DNA of 64,000 nt from Phaeosaccion multiseriatum (Eukaryota; Protista; Ochrophyta, other classes). Of this stretch, positions 51,501 to 64,000 are shown in pieces; the stretch's first letter is position 1; every line of letters starts with the position of its first letter. The position numbers were made by a program, and so were the translations under genes. The DNA lies in contig OZ218954.1 in NCBI GenBank assembly GCA_965112735.1, positions 620,001 through 684,000 on the forward strand. The letters run 5' to 3'. The notes under the pieces were generated by a model, which worked only from the letters and a program-made list of their open reading frames with translations, searched no databases and had not been told where the DNA came from.

Positions 51501-54500
51501 TCCGTCAAGTCCAGCAAGGTCAAGGTGGTGCTCGTCGGTGCTGGCACGGCGGGGAAGACGAGTCTGATAAGGGCAGTCACCGGCAAAGGGGAGGATCTCC
51601 CCACAGAAAAGGAGCGGACCATCGGGGTGGAGCGGAGGAAGACAGTGCGGGTCTCTGACTGCTTCAAGAGGCACTACCCTATTGGCGGGGTGGAGAAGTA
51701 CCTGGAAGGGCTGGCGGCTGAGGAAGAGGCACGAGCGGCGATTCGGGCAACGGCACAGGACCTCGGCTTGGTAATGTGGGACTTTGCCGGGCAGGAAGCG
51801 TACTTCAGCCACCACCAGACCTTCCTCACCGCCCACGCGCTCTACGTGCTCGTCGTGGACCTGCCCGCCTTCCTGGAGAGGGACAGTGAGGCGCGGGATG
51901 CAGCAGTACACCAAGTGGTGCATGACGACTTCGCCCACGAGCAGGAGATCTCGCTTTGGCTGAGCATGCTCGACATGCGAGTGAAGGACTGTCACGTGGT
52001 GGTTGTGGCGACGAAGACGGGCGGGATGACCGACAAGGAAAGGATGCTCGGTCAGAAGCGGGTTACGGAAGCAGTCACGGCCGCAGCCACGCGACTGAAC
52101 AAACGGAGGGAGGAGTCCGCCAGGGCGCGGAAAGTAAAGGGTTCCTCAGGCGTCACTGTTTTAAAGTGTGCGGATGGTCAGCAAGTCGCTGTGCTGATGG
52201 ACAGTAAGGAGAAGTGTGGTGTCGGAGAGGTGTTGCTGCAGTTTACGAGAGCTGTGCACGACAAGCCTATCGCCTTCCCCAGTGTGGGTGCGTCTATACC
52301 GAAGAGCTGGAGCGAGGCTATGGACTTCCTCCAAACACAGGCCGAGGCCCGCAGCTTCGTGGCGTGGAGTGAGGTGGTGCAGGAGTGGGAAAAGCGGAAG
52401 GAGGCAGAGGAGGCAAGCAGCCTTCTAGGGGAGGAGTCCCCCATGCTTACAAAGGGAGAAGGGATGAAGGAAGGAGGAGGAACCCCTGAGCAGATACTGA
52501 GGCAAGCGGCGTATCTCCTGGAGCGGCAGGGGACGATGCTCTTCACCAACGGGAAGGTAGTGCTGCACCTCAAGCCGGAGAGGATCATTGACCTTCTCAA
52601 GCCCATCGCAGACCACCGCATCACGACGGAGGGGAGGGCCTTCTGGAAGCCCAGGATGAAGGACTACTTGACAGAGACCGGCGAGTGGAGCTCACGGGCG
52701 ACAGAGGAATTGTTGAGAAAGTTCTTTGAGCTTCAGGACTTGGGCATCCTGAACGAACAAGTGCTCGACTTTCTGTGGCTGGCGTGGACACCGAGTGGAA
52801 ACGAGGGGAGGAGGGGCAGCAGCAGCAGCACCAGCAGCAGCAGCAGCGGCACCAGCTCGACACTCGAAGGGCGGCAGGCCCAAGTCACGGCTGAAGAGGG
52901 CTCCTTTCTCTCCGAGTTGCGGGGCCAGGATCAACACGCCCAAAACAAGCGGAAACTCATGCGCCGGCTGCTGGTGGAGAGCGGGGCGCTTTATGCACAT
53001 CTCGACGAAGCCAAGAGCGGGAAGGAGGAGGTGGAGGAAAAGAGCGGGAAGGGAAAGGTCGAGGTTGGGAAGACTCGATACTGTGCTCCTTCTCTGCTCG
53101 AAGCCTGGGTGGACCAAGGGGAGCTTCAGACGGCTTTCTACCTCTCCACAGGGCAGAAGATGAGCCGACTCTCCATCTCCATGCCTGGTCAGCCCTTCAT
53201 TCCGCCCGGCCTCATGCCTCGCATTGTGGCGGCGTGTATGAGGGAGGCTGAGCGCGACAGTATTGAGTCCCGTGGGTCTTGCCGAGTGACCTTGTGCTGG
53301 CGCTATGGCGTTGTGCTTTACTGGGGCACCGAAAGAGTGCTCATTTACCACTCAAAGGCAAGCATCAAGGAAAGCAGCAGCATCGGCCCCTCGAGCACGA
53401 AAGATAACCACCGGAGGCAAAGCCACCAACGCCGCAACAGCAACGCTGGCTCAAACAGCAGCAGCAGCAACAGCAGAGGCAGCGTCGCGGGGGGCGGGGC
53501 TGTCGTAGAGTGGTGTGTTCTCGGAGACAACGCCGGCATGTGCGATGCGAAAGCGAATGGCGTCGTGCGCGAGTGCGTGTTGGATGTCATGGATACCAAC
53601 TTCAAAGGGATGGACTATGAAGAGGACTTGCCCGACGAAACCAAGTGCACGATAAAGGCCGCGCTGCACTCGCTGGAGCAGCACATAGATGTCCGCCTGG
53701 ACATCATCGAGAGCAAAGTGGACGGGATTGTGGAGGCGACCCGAGGCATCGAGAGCTTCATCCGCTTGAGCTGCGAAAAGGACATGCCGTACCCTGCCCT
53801 CGCGGTGCTTCTCCCGGAGGGACATCCAATGCTGAGCAACGGAGGATTCGCGGGTGCTGAGGAGGGAAAGAACACACCTCCGGGGGGTGGAGGCAACCAC
53901 CAAAAGGGTCTCGATCTCTACCAGAAGCGAACGTGGGAGTGGGCCAAAAGGAAAGCGGTTAACACTGTGGCTAGGAAGTACCGCCTCTTCTTTCTGTGCT
54001 CGCACGACCTTAGTTTGGTGCCCACTGGGCCAGACGGGAAGGGATACGAGGTGCCCATGCCCAAAGAATGGCTCAAGAAGGCCGCACCCTTGCTTAAGCT
54101 GTCGCTGCTGGCCCTCAAGGTCGCCGCCAACTGTACTCTGCGCATTGATCTGCCTATTGACGGACTCTTTGAGGCTCTGAACGAGACTGTTGTGGAAGGA
54201 ATGAGCGAGAAGATCGCAGAGCGCATCGATGAAGCTTTCACGGGGGTGGACGCCTCGCTAGACCGCATCATGCAAGAGGCGATGCAAGCGACCCACGCCC
54301 CTCCAAAGGGGGAGGAGGATGGAGGAGATAGGAAGCTGCGGCAGCCCTTCTCTCGTGAGGGCGTCGACTTCGGGCCCGCTTACGACGCGTATCTGGCCTT
54401 CCTCAAGGCGAAGGTGCCTGTGCTGGACAAGGCCCATCACGGCACGAATATGGTGCTTTTGAAGGGAGGCACCGAGGACTCGTGGGCGTGGGTGAGGAAG

Positions 54501-54735
54501 GCAAATGCGAAGGAATGGGAGAAGACACACGATGGCACAGGCGCAAGAGCACAAAGTGCGGACAGTGGTGGTGGTGCTTTCGCGCCTTCGGCCCTCAATG
54601 GGGCTGCTGACAGCGTCGTAGGAGGAGGAGGGGGAGGAGGAGGAGGAGGAGGAGGAGGAGGAGGAGGAGGAGGAGGAGGAGGAGGAGGAGGAGGAGGAGG
54701 AGGAGGAGGAGGAGGAGGAGGAGGAGGAGGAGGAG

Positions 54736-54770
<35 letters not shown>

Positions 54771-55531
54771 GGAGGAGGAGGAGGAGGAGGAGGAGGAGGA
54801 GGAGGAGGAGGAGGAGGAGGAGGAGGAGGAGGAGGAGGAGGAGGAGGCCAAATTGATGGTGTTGTGGCGGCAGCAGCGGGCTCACCGACCCCTCCACCTC
54901 AGGAACATCAGCAGGCGGGGACAGGAGGAGCTCCGACCGGAGAAGAGGGGGAGGGGCAGGACATTCGGAGGTGGCTGCAGGAGGTGAGCTTCATCGCCAA
55001 GAGAATCGACCCCGTGGTGCAGCTGCTCGTGAGTGAGGACTGCGACTCCCTGGAAATGCTTGACAGCTTCGACTCGGACGACCTAAAAAAACTTTGCTGA
55101 AGGAGGCAGGCATCCTCCAAAAGGGTTCCATGAGTTCGTTCATGACACACTTTGAGCGTCGGAAGGAGCGGGCAAGGAGTCATGAGCGCAGCGGCGTTTC
55201 TCCTCCCTCTCCTTCTCAAGGGACCGCACGGCCGCTGTCGCGTGACGAGCCACCGATGGCTACGGCCACGCTGCGCCTGTCGCAGTCGGACACTACGGTG
55301 GGGGTGGAGACGCCCCCCGCGAGTGGAGCAATTGGGGGACCAGCAGCAGCAGTTGATGGTACAGCAGCAGCAGCGGGAGGCCACTCTGACTTAGATACTT
55401 GTTCTTCTGCTCCGTATGAGAAGGCCGACGGGGGTGGCATCTTGCGAAGGTTATCTCGTACCATCAGGGGACCCAGAGGAGGAGGAGGAGGAGGAGGAGA
55501 AGGGAAAGTATTTGTCGCAGCGGAGGAGTAA
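48565..55531 (+). CDS. LRR-Roc-COR (ROCO) GTPase without kinase domain; C-terminal SAM-like segment interrupted by a frameshift
   Basis: LRR N-cap exon 48565-48763 (AFFHATGGPDW...WSGVRVENGYVVELQL), 14 LRR cassettes 48906-51080, large exon from 51346. Contains GNPWSSPP, P-loop GAGTAGKTS, RTIGV, WDFAGQEAYFSHHQTFL, a COR-like region and YRLFFLCSHD...GYEVPMPKEWLKKAAP. Stop at 55100; the -1 frame continues to 55531. Confidence 0.9.
48890..51090 (+). repeat. Tandem LRR exon-intron cassette array (unit ~150 bp; ~811-bp five-cassette block duplicated)
   Basis: 72-nt phase-1 exons at 48906, 49054, 49568, 49717, 49865, 50415, 50565, 50715, 50865, 51009. Longer cassettes at 49204 (144 nt) and 50015 (171 nt). 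Degenerate cassettes at 49421 and 50266. Introns share the consensus gtgagtggtacgcgtacccgttcgcgtccctttcacttgatatgagtgtgacc...cctcccatccgcag. Confidence 0.95.
49421..49496 (+). pseudogene. Inactivated LRR cassette (pseudo-exon)
   Basis: 76 nt rather than 72 because of a CTTG duplication (gaaCTTGCTTGagag). It reads GSIPREIGGLRELA-stop and has a weak donor, GTAGAC. Confidence 0.8.
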
Positions 55532-55982
55532 AGCAATAGCTTAACGGAACTGCTTAGCTTAACGGAACTGCTTAGCTTAACGGAACGGCTTAGCTAGGGT
55601 GGGGACGTTGCCATCCGACCCTCGTGCCAGCCCCAAGTGCTGCAGATGGGCCAGAGACGTGCCGTGCGGGCCGAAGAGGGGGCAGACACAGTTGAAAGAG
55701 AACAACAGCAGCCGTAAGGGGGAGAGAGATTCACGGCAAGACGTGCGACAGCCAAGCCAAGCCAAGCGACGAAGGAGGCCTTTGGTATGGTTTTGTACAC
55801 CGAGTAACCTCCCAGTTTCTGATAGTTGTTGACACATACATTAAAAGAACTGCCACATCGCCTCCCCTCCTCCCGGAGGTCCGAGTCGATGTGTCGATTA
55901 CTCAACATTGATCCGACTGGTCTAGTTGGCGGTCACGTCTCGGAAACGTGCCCAGCCCCCCCTACCAGCTTCTCCCTCCCCC

Positions 55983-56830
55983 TCCCTCCTCCTCCTCCTC
56001 CTCCTCCTCCTCCTCCTCCTCCTCCTCCTCCTCCTCCTCCTCCTCCTCCTCCTCCTCCTCCTCCTCCTCCTCCTCCTCCTCCTCCTCCTCCTCCTCCTCC
56101 TCCTCCTCCTCCTCCTCCTCCTCCTCCTCCTCCTCCTCCTCCTCCTCCTCCTCCTCCTCCTCCTCCTCCTCCTCCTCCTCCTCCTCCTCCTCCTCCTCCT
56201 CCTCCTCCTCCTCCTCCTCCTCCTCCTCCTCCTCCTCCTCCTCCTCCTCCTCCTCCTCCTCCTCCTCCTCCTCCTCCTCCTCCTCCTCCTCCTCCTCCTC
56301 CTCCTCCTCCTCCTCCTCCTCCTCCTCCTCCTCCTCCTCCTCCTCCTCCTCCTCCTCCTCCTCCTCCTCCTCCTCCTCCTCCTCCTCCTCCTCCTCCTCC
56401 TCCTCCTCCTCCCCCTCCCTCTCCTCCTCCTCCTCCTCCTCCTCCTTTACGGAGGGTAGGAGGGAGAGTAGGAGGGAAGGTAGGAGGCAGAGGGGGAGGG
56501 AGGGAAGGTGGAAGGGAGCGAGGGAGGAAGGGCGGGAGGGAGGGAGGGATGGAGGGAGGGAGGGAGGGAGGGAGGGAGGGAGGGAGGGAGGGAGGGAGGG
56601 AGGGAGGGAGGGAGGGAGGGAGGGAGGGAGGGAGGGAGGGAGGGAGGGAGGGAGGGAGGGAGGGAGGGAGGGAGGGAGGGAGGGAGGGAGGGAGGGAGGG
56701 AGGGAGGGAGGGAGGGAGGGAGGGAGGGAGGGAGGGAGGGAGGGAGGGAGGGAGGGAGGGAGGGAGGGAGGGAGGGAGGGAGGGAGGGAGGGAGGGAGGG
56801 AGGGAGGGAGGGAGGGAGGGAGGGAGGGAG
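55983..56830 (+). repeat. Long (CCT)n tract followed by (GGGA)n tract
   Basis: (CCT)n 55983-56446, (GGGA)n ~56550-56830, intergenic. Confidence 0.95.
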
Positions 56831-57049
56831 ACCTTTACTCCGCCAGAGGAGAGACGCCGCGAGCAGGCTACATCATCCTTCCTTCCCCAGCCACTACCCA
56901 CAGCACGCGCTCAAAGTCTGCTCAAAGGCCTTCAAAGATGGCTCAAATCGGCTTCAGGGGGACCCTCAACCCCGAAGGTACAGGACGAACGGCCCTAAAA
57001 ATAATATTATTTATAAAAAAGTGTTTACAAATACTACACATTACGCAGG

Positions 57050-57086
<37 letters not shown>

Positions 57087-57437
57087 ACAAACGCACACAC
57101 ACACACGCACGCACGCACGCACGCAAACAGCAGCCGCAACCACCCACTCCTAATGTAACGATTTGTTAGGCCTTACAAAAATACCAAAACGACGACCGAG
57201 CACCACTTCCAGAGCAGCACCGGGCCGAAAACAGTGGTGGCATGTCATCCAGCGGCTATGGGGTACTGGGTGTCAGGACAAAGAGTCCAGGGGGTCAGGG
57301 TTGTGCTGGGTGTCAAGACAGCAGATGCTGGGTGTCAGGACAGCAGGTCGTGGGTGCCAGGACAGCAGGTGCTGGATGTCAGGACAGATCAGAGGGGTGG
57401 GGACGTGTCGTCCGATCCTTGACCTCGTCCCTTTTCC

Positions 57438-60400
57438 TCATCTCACATCCACTCCCGTCACTACCGCGGAACAAGTAGGGGTGGCGGGGTTGGTGCCCGA
57501 ATTGCCCCCCCCAGGGCTTGTGGTCGACCCCAAAATACCCCGCAGGCTCCACCCCTGGGTGCCCTGGGTCCCGCCCCCGCCTGCCTCCATCTGCAATTGG
57601 CTCTGAGCTCCTCCTCCTCCTCCTCCTCCTCCTCCTCCTCCTCCTCCTCCTCCTCCTCCTCCTCCTCCTCCTCCTCCTCCTTCTCCTCCTCCCACCCGGA
57701 CCTTGGATGCCTTCTTCTCGCCCTCGGGATGGCCCTCCTCCTCTACTCCTCCACATTTGCCAGCACCGGCATTCCCCACATGGGAAGTGGCCCTGTTGTA
57801 ATCACACCAATTGAACGTCGCCATACAGTGTATCACCAACACCTTGACGGCGTCCTGGATGAAGAACCAAATGAGGCAGTACCCCCATACAAACACCGCG
57901 GTGTCTACATGAATGGAGTGAGCGTCCTGATGCAAGGGCCAAGTTAGGGCCATGGTGGTGCTGATGATGACTGAGAAGAGGAAGGCGCCCATGAGCAGCT
58001 TCCCAGGGGTCTGATTGATGGATGAGGGAGGAGGGGGGAGGGAGGGAGGGAGGGAGGGAGGGAGGGAGGGAGGGAGGGAGGGAGGGAGGGAGGGAGGGAG
58101 GGAGGGAGGGAGGGAGGGACGGAGGAAGGAAGGGGCGGTGTGAGGGAGAGGCGCGCGTGTCCACCTTTCGGAAAGGACATAGAGGAACGAGAAGCACACA
58201 CACACACACATACGCACACACACACGCACACACGCACACACGCACACACGCACACACGCACACACGCACACACGCACACGCACACGCACACGCACACACA
58301 CACGCACACACGCACACACGCACGTACGCACACACGCACACACGCACACACGCATACACGCACACATGCACACATACACACATACACACACGCACACACG
58401 CCCTTACCTTATTCCAGAACCACGTCCTCGAGCGCGCTGCGAAGAGCGTGAGGAAGTCTGACAGCGAGATCTTGAGGTACATCATGGTGACGCACTGCTT
58501 GTAAGTGAGGCCCTCTGCGCCGAGGGTCTTGAACACAGAGCCTATGGGATTGATGGGGGGAAGGGAGGGGAGGGTAAGGAGTGGATATGGGAGGGGAGTG
58601 AGTGAGTGAGTGAGTGAGTGAGTGAGTGAGTGAGTGAGTGAGTGAGTGAGTGGGTGGCTGAGTGAGTGAGTGAGTGAGTGAGTGAGTTGATGAGTGGGTG
58701 GGTGAGTGGGTGAGTGGGTGAATGAGTGTGTGAGTGTGTGAGTGAGTGGGTGAGTGAGTGGATGAGTGGGTGTGTGAGTGAGTGAGTGAGTGAGTGAGTG
58801 AGTGAGTGAGTGCGTGCGTGAGTGAGTGAGTGAGTGAGTGAGTGAGTGAGGGAGTGAGTGAGTGAGTGAGTGAGTGAGTGAGTGAGATATACTACAGAGC
58901 GTGCTGGCTGGCTCGGTAGACAAAGCGTTTGCTATCAACGTCCGAATAACAGGTGCTTTTGAGTGAGTAAGTAAGAGCGTGAGTGAGTAAGTGCGGCAGT
59001 CACCTTCATTGTTGGAGTTGAGGCCCATGTACAGACACGCCAGGCTGGAAACACAAGCAACCCCGCCCAGGGCGGAGGAGATGAGGTAAATAGAGGGCAT
59101 GTTCCACCTTAGGGAGGAGGGGGGGAGAGGGAGGAGGGAGGGAGGGAGGGAGGGGAGAAGGAGGAGGGCGGGGAGGAGCGAGGGAATGAGGGAGGGAGGG
59201 GAAGAGGATAAGTACATAAGTACGAATACGTACGCTTACAGGCACGGAGAGTCCCAGTGGCGAGGAGAGCGTCCGTTCGAAATTGAAACCGAAAGCATCG
59301 CGGAAAGCATCGCGGAAGGACAGTGAGCCTAGGCTGGATCGGTATCTCTTGCTGTCTCTCTCTTCCTCTCTCTATCCTCTGCTTTGGTCATTTCTCTCTC
59401 TTGTGGTCTCGCTCCCTCTGGCTCTCCTTCTTCTTCTCCTCTCCCCTCTTCCCCCAACATTCTCTCTCTCTGTGCAAACTCTCTCTACTCTCCCTCCTCC
59501 CTCCTCCCTCCTCCCTCCTCTCACTCACTCTTCAGGAGTCTTGCGGGAGTTGACATTGTCGTATGCGATGCTGATGATGGTGCCGTCGTTGAGGATGGTA
59601 ATGAGGATGAGCGCTATAACAGGCATGCTATAGAACTGCGGAGGGAAGCAGGGAGGGAGGGAGGGAGGGAGGGAGGGAGGGAGGGAGGGAGGGAGGGAGG
59701 GAGGGAGGGAGGGAGGGAGGGAGGGAGGGAGGGAGGGAGGGAGGGAGGGAGGGAGGGAGGGAGGGACGGAGGGAGGGAGGGAGGGAGGGAGGGAGGGAGG
59801 GAGGGAGGGACGGACGGAGGGAGGGGCGCGGAGAGGGAAGACGGTGTTAGCTAAGCAAGCTGCAAGCCAAGGACAGAGGAGATTGTTTGCACCCCCCTCA
59901 CTTCCCGCTCCCGAAAGAGTGCTTCCGTCCCATTAAGTATCGATCCTTACTCGCACGAGATGACTGCTTAAACCAAACCACGCAGAAACAGAAAGCTGAA
60001 ACCTGAAACTGTCACCAACTGGACTGGATCACCAACTCATGTACCTGCGGGTAGGAGTCGTCCTCCGGCTCAAAGTTGTCGGGGTGCATGAAGAGCACCG
60101 CCAGGAAGAAGAAGATGAGCAACTGGAACGTGCAGGCCACACGATAGATGATGAAGTTCTTCATACGCGCGAAGATCTCGCGGCTGATGATTATCGCCTC
60201 CACCTGGGGGTGTAGTAAGTCAATGGGTGTAGTAAGTAAGTCAATGGATCGTTTGGTGGGTGCGTGTGGGCGGGTGCGTGTGGGTGGGTGCGTGTGGGTG
60301 GGTGTGTGGGTGGGTGGGTGGGTGCGTGTGGGTGGGTGCATGTGGGTGGGTGTCAGGAAAGTGAGAGAGTTGGTGTCAGATGAAAACAGAGGGGGGTTGG

Positions 60401-60952
60401 ATGCGCTGGGCACTGGTGGAATGGGCTGCCTTGCCTCCCCTCTCTCCCTCCCTCCCTCCCTCCCTCCCTCCCTCCCTCCCTCCCTCCCTCCCTCCCTCCC
60501 CATGAACTCACCACCGTGCTCAGCCCCGGCGAGGTGAGCACAATATCGGCCGAAGCCCTTGCCGCATCAGTCGAGCCCTCTACAGCAATGCCCACGTCAG
60601 CCTTCTTCAGTGCGGGTGCGTCATTCACGCCGTCGCCAGTCATACCCACGTGATAACCCATTTGGCGCAGCGACTCTACAATGATGAACTTGTGCTCGGG
60701 GAAGACCTTTTGCAAAAGGATTGTTCAAAGATGAGGTAAGGGGTGGTACGTAAGGGGAGGAGGGGGGTAGGGGTTGAGAGGTTTGGAGACAAAAACAGCC
60801 CCGTCGTATCGTACAGACAGCCATCCACCCACACACACACGCACGCACGCACACACACACACGCACTCACACACACACGCACGCACGCACACACACACAC
60901 GCACTCACACACACACACACGCACGCACGCACGCGCGCACACACACACACAA

Positions 60953-60983
<31 letters not shown>

Positions 60984-63046
60984 TGCACTCACACACACAC
61001 ACACACGCACACACACACACACGCACAGACCATGAAAACAACAATCCACCCTTACGTAAGGACCCCACCCCCTTAATAGAAAGGTTTACGATTGGACACA
61101 CTTAATAGAAAGGTTTACTATTGGACACGCCCACCTGAGCGAAGCCGTTACAACTCATAGCGAGTGGCCCCACGGTGGTAGCGAGGTTGTCCGGTAGAGT
61201 GCCATCCGCCCCGAGAGATGGCAGTCCATCGCAGTTCAGGATGTGAGATCCCATGCCAAGCTGGCGAGCGGTCTCCTTGGCCACCGCCTGTGGGGAGGGA
61301 GGGAGGGGGTGAGGGAGGGAGGGAGGGAGAGAGAGAAGGAGGAAGGGAGGGAGAGAGGGAGGGAGGGAGGGAGGGAGGGGGTGAGGGAGGGAGGGAGGGA
61401 GGGAGGGAGGGAGGGAGGGAGGGAGGGAGGGAGGGAGGGAGGGAGGGAGGGAGGGAGGGAGGGAGGGAGGGAGGGAGGGAGGGAGGGAGGGAGGGAGGGA
61501 GGGAGGGAGGGAGGGAGGGAGGGAGGGAGGGAGGGAGGGAGGGAGGGAGGGAGGGAGGGAGGGAGGGAGGGAGGGAGGGAGGGAGGGAGGGAGGGAGGGA
61601 GGGAGGGAGGGAGGGAGGGAGGGAGGGAGGGAGGGAGGGAGGGAGGGAGGGAGGGTGGGAGGGGGGAGAAGGGAGGGTATGGGGTGCCTCTCTTCACTTC
61701 CTTCCTCCCTTCCTCCCCCCCATCCACCCACCCACTCTCGTTGCACCCACCCACTGTCCTGACACCCGCGTACAGTCCTGACACCCCCCCACCCCTCCCA
61801 TCCACCCACCTACCCACGCACTGTCCTGACACCCACTACTCACCCGGTGGTCTCCAGTGAGCATCTTAACATCCACTCCGTGCTCCAGCGCTCTCTCAAT
61901 TGTGCGCTTGGTGTCCTCTCTTGGGGGGTCCAAGAACTCCAGGATGCCCATCATTTCCCACTTGCCGTCGGCATTTCCGTCTGTGGTGGCCACGGAGAGG
62001 GAGCGAATGCCTCGTTGAGCGAGCTCAGCTACCTTGCCGTCCACCTGTTAATGGTTGATTACGTCAATGGTTGACATGTTAACGGTGGAGAAGTCAATGA
62101 TTAATAAGTCAGTGGTTAGTGAGAAGTCCACCTGTTAATGGTTGATTACGTCAATGGTGGCCATGCTAACGGAGAAGTCAATGATTGATAAGTCAGTGGT
62201 TAGTGAGAAGGCTGTGCATGGTGCTTGGTTGGGCTGTAGCTTGACTACCCTGCCGTCCACCCGTTGTGTTCTGAGATGCGAGGAAAAGTAAGTCAAGGAA
62301 GAGGAAAGTATGTCAAGGAAGGATACTCCCTCCTTTGGGAGAGTTCTGTCGTAGTTGCTGTGTGTTGTTGTCAGTGGTAGTGGTGGATAAGTCAATGGAG
62401 GATGCCCACCTGAGCTCTGATTGCATCCTTGTTGTGGCACATGTTGAGCACCACGTGAGGGGCACCCTGTTTGGTGTTTGGAGGGAGGGAGGGAGGGGAA
62501 GGAGGGAGGGACTATGTGCGTTTCAGTATGAGGATTGAACGCTATCAGTATGGACATCCTCCTTCTGCTTCTCCTCACCCTCCTCATCCACCCCTCCTCT
62601 CCTCCTCATCCTTACCCCCCTCCTCCTTCTTCTCGTCCACCGTCTCCACTTCCTTCCCCTCCTTTCTCCTTCGTCCTCTCCTCCCGTCTCCTCCCTCCCT
62701 CTTCCCTCCACCCTCGTACGCACCTTGGTAACCTTAAACCGTCTTCCCTTTCCCTCCCTGAGCCTAAGCGTGGCTTCCGTGCGCTTGTTCGTGGGGTCGA
62801 AGGGAAGGTAGTGCTCCTGTGTTGTTAGAAGTCACGGTAAGAGGTTTTTAGGGCAGAGTTACAGGGCTTCGGGAGGAGTGAAAAGGATCAATCAAATCAA
62901 GGGGATGACAGTAATGTTTATAGATAGATGGATTGATACATAGACAGATAGATACATAGATAGATAGGTGGATAGATAGATAGATAGATAGATAGATAGG
63001 TGGATAGATAGATAGATAGATAGATAGATAAATAGGTGGATGGATG

Positions 63047-63088
<42 letters not shown>

Positions 63089-63112
63089 GGAGTCAGTGAG
63101 AGTGACAGGGAT

Positions 63113-63144
<32 letters not shown>

Positions 63145-63850
63145 CTGCTCGTACGCATCGCATTGTCGGAGGTTGGCAGCTCCAAGCACCTGGGCAGGAC
63201 AGGGGATGGCAGTGGATGGGTGGGCAGTGTTGGTGTGAGTATCAGCCCGGTCGTATGAGTGCAGAGGATGGTAGTGGATGGATCCATGTCAGTGTCAGAG
63301 GATGGTAGTGGATGGGTCCGTGTCAGTGCCAGTCTCAGTAAAAGATGGAAAGCGAAAGGTGCATGTAGGCATGTTAGTGACTAAGAAGGAGGTCACTTTC
63401 AGTGACTCATGTCGACATTTTGGTGACTTATTACGCACCATGGTGTCCAGGGCATCCTTTGGGGGCTCTTGCCATCGCGCGGAGAGGGCCGCGTATTGAA
63501 TAACCTTAAGGGGGGGGGGTCGGTGGATGGCAGTGGATGGGAGTAGATGGCAGTGGATGGCAGTGGACGGTAGTGGATGGCAGAGGATGGAGGTGGATGG
63601 CAGAGGATGGGCGGGCCCGACGTGGGCGGAGGGGGGGGGGATAAGTAAGCAGCCTCAATTTCGATTTCTTCCAAATGTCGAGCTCAATTCTCAGTGTCTA
63701 TTTGGACCAAGTAAACTTTGACTTCGACCCCAATCCTGAGCTTAAAGTCGACCTACCTCATGTCGCTTCCACTTATTAAACACGACGCAATCGTCCTGTA
63801 TGGCCATCTTGTTGAGTGTCAATGTACCCGTCTTGTCGGAGCAGAGCACG
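57438..63850 (-). CDS. P3A-type plasma-membrane H+-ATPase, 5' part outside the window
   Basis: [15 protein letters not shown] (~63850), [19 protein letters not shown]...[96 protein letters not shown]; stop at 57438. Confidence 0.95.
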
Positions 63851-64000
63851 CTGTACATTACGTAATGTTTAGTATGGTGAGGTGAGGAAGATGGTGGATG
63901 GTGGATGGGGGGGGAGGAGGGGAAGGAGGGGGAGGAGGGGGGGGAGGGGGAGGAGGATGGAGGGGGGGGAGTGTGCTGAGGACCTCTGATTGGCGACAGC

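Noticed and set aside
55538-55592. 18-bp tandem repeat gcttaacggaactgctta after the ROCO stop
   Set aside because: Only about three copies in a presumed 3' UTR; ordinary local slippage.
55826-57158. Poly-Pro/Ser and (EGGR)n ORFs
   Set aside because: Translations of (CCT)n and (GGGA)n tracts.

Overview
This is eukaryotic, intron-rich, microsatellite-laden genomic DNA. It is most consistent with an ochrophyte/stramenopile alga; that assignment is inferred from a brown-alga-type LRR-ROCO gene and a signal-peptide+Phe targeting leader, and the species cannot be determined. Most ORFs in the supplied track are microsatellite artefacts. Splicing by hand gives nine genes: (1) a secreted mucin-like protein with an N-terminal six-Cys knot-like head (-, runs off the left edge); (2) a class-IV aminotransferase (-); (3) COX6A (+); (4) a PH-like domain protein (-); (5) a thioredoxin with a hydrophobic Cys-rich leader (-); (6) a giant EF-hand protein of about seven NCS-like modules (+); (7) an OSCA/TMEM63/TMC-like channel that appears to splice in frame into eight WW domains and carries an N-terminal PPxY motif (-); (8) an LRR-Roc-COR (ROCO) gene (+); (9) a partial P3A H+-ATPase (-). 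The most striking system is the ROCO LRR region. It is an array of mostly 72-nt phase-1 one-repeat exons separated by mutually homologous 71-80-nt introns. It shows block duplications, amino-acid changes concentrated at exposed LRR positions, and a dead cassette, as expected of a diversifying receptor. All exon boundaries are manual predictions without transcript support.
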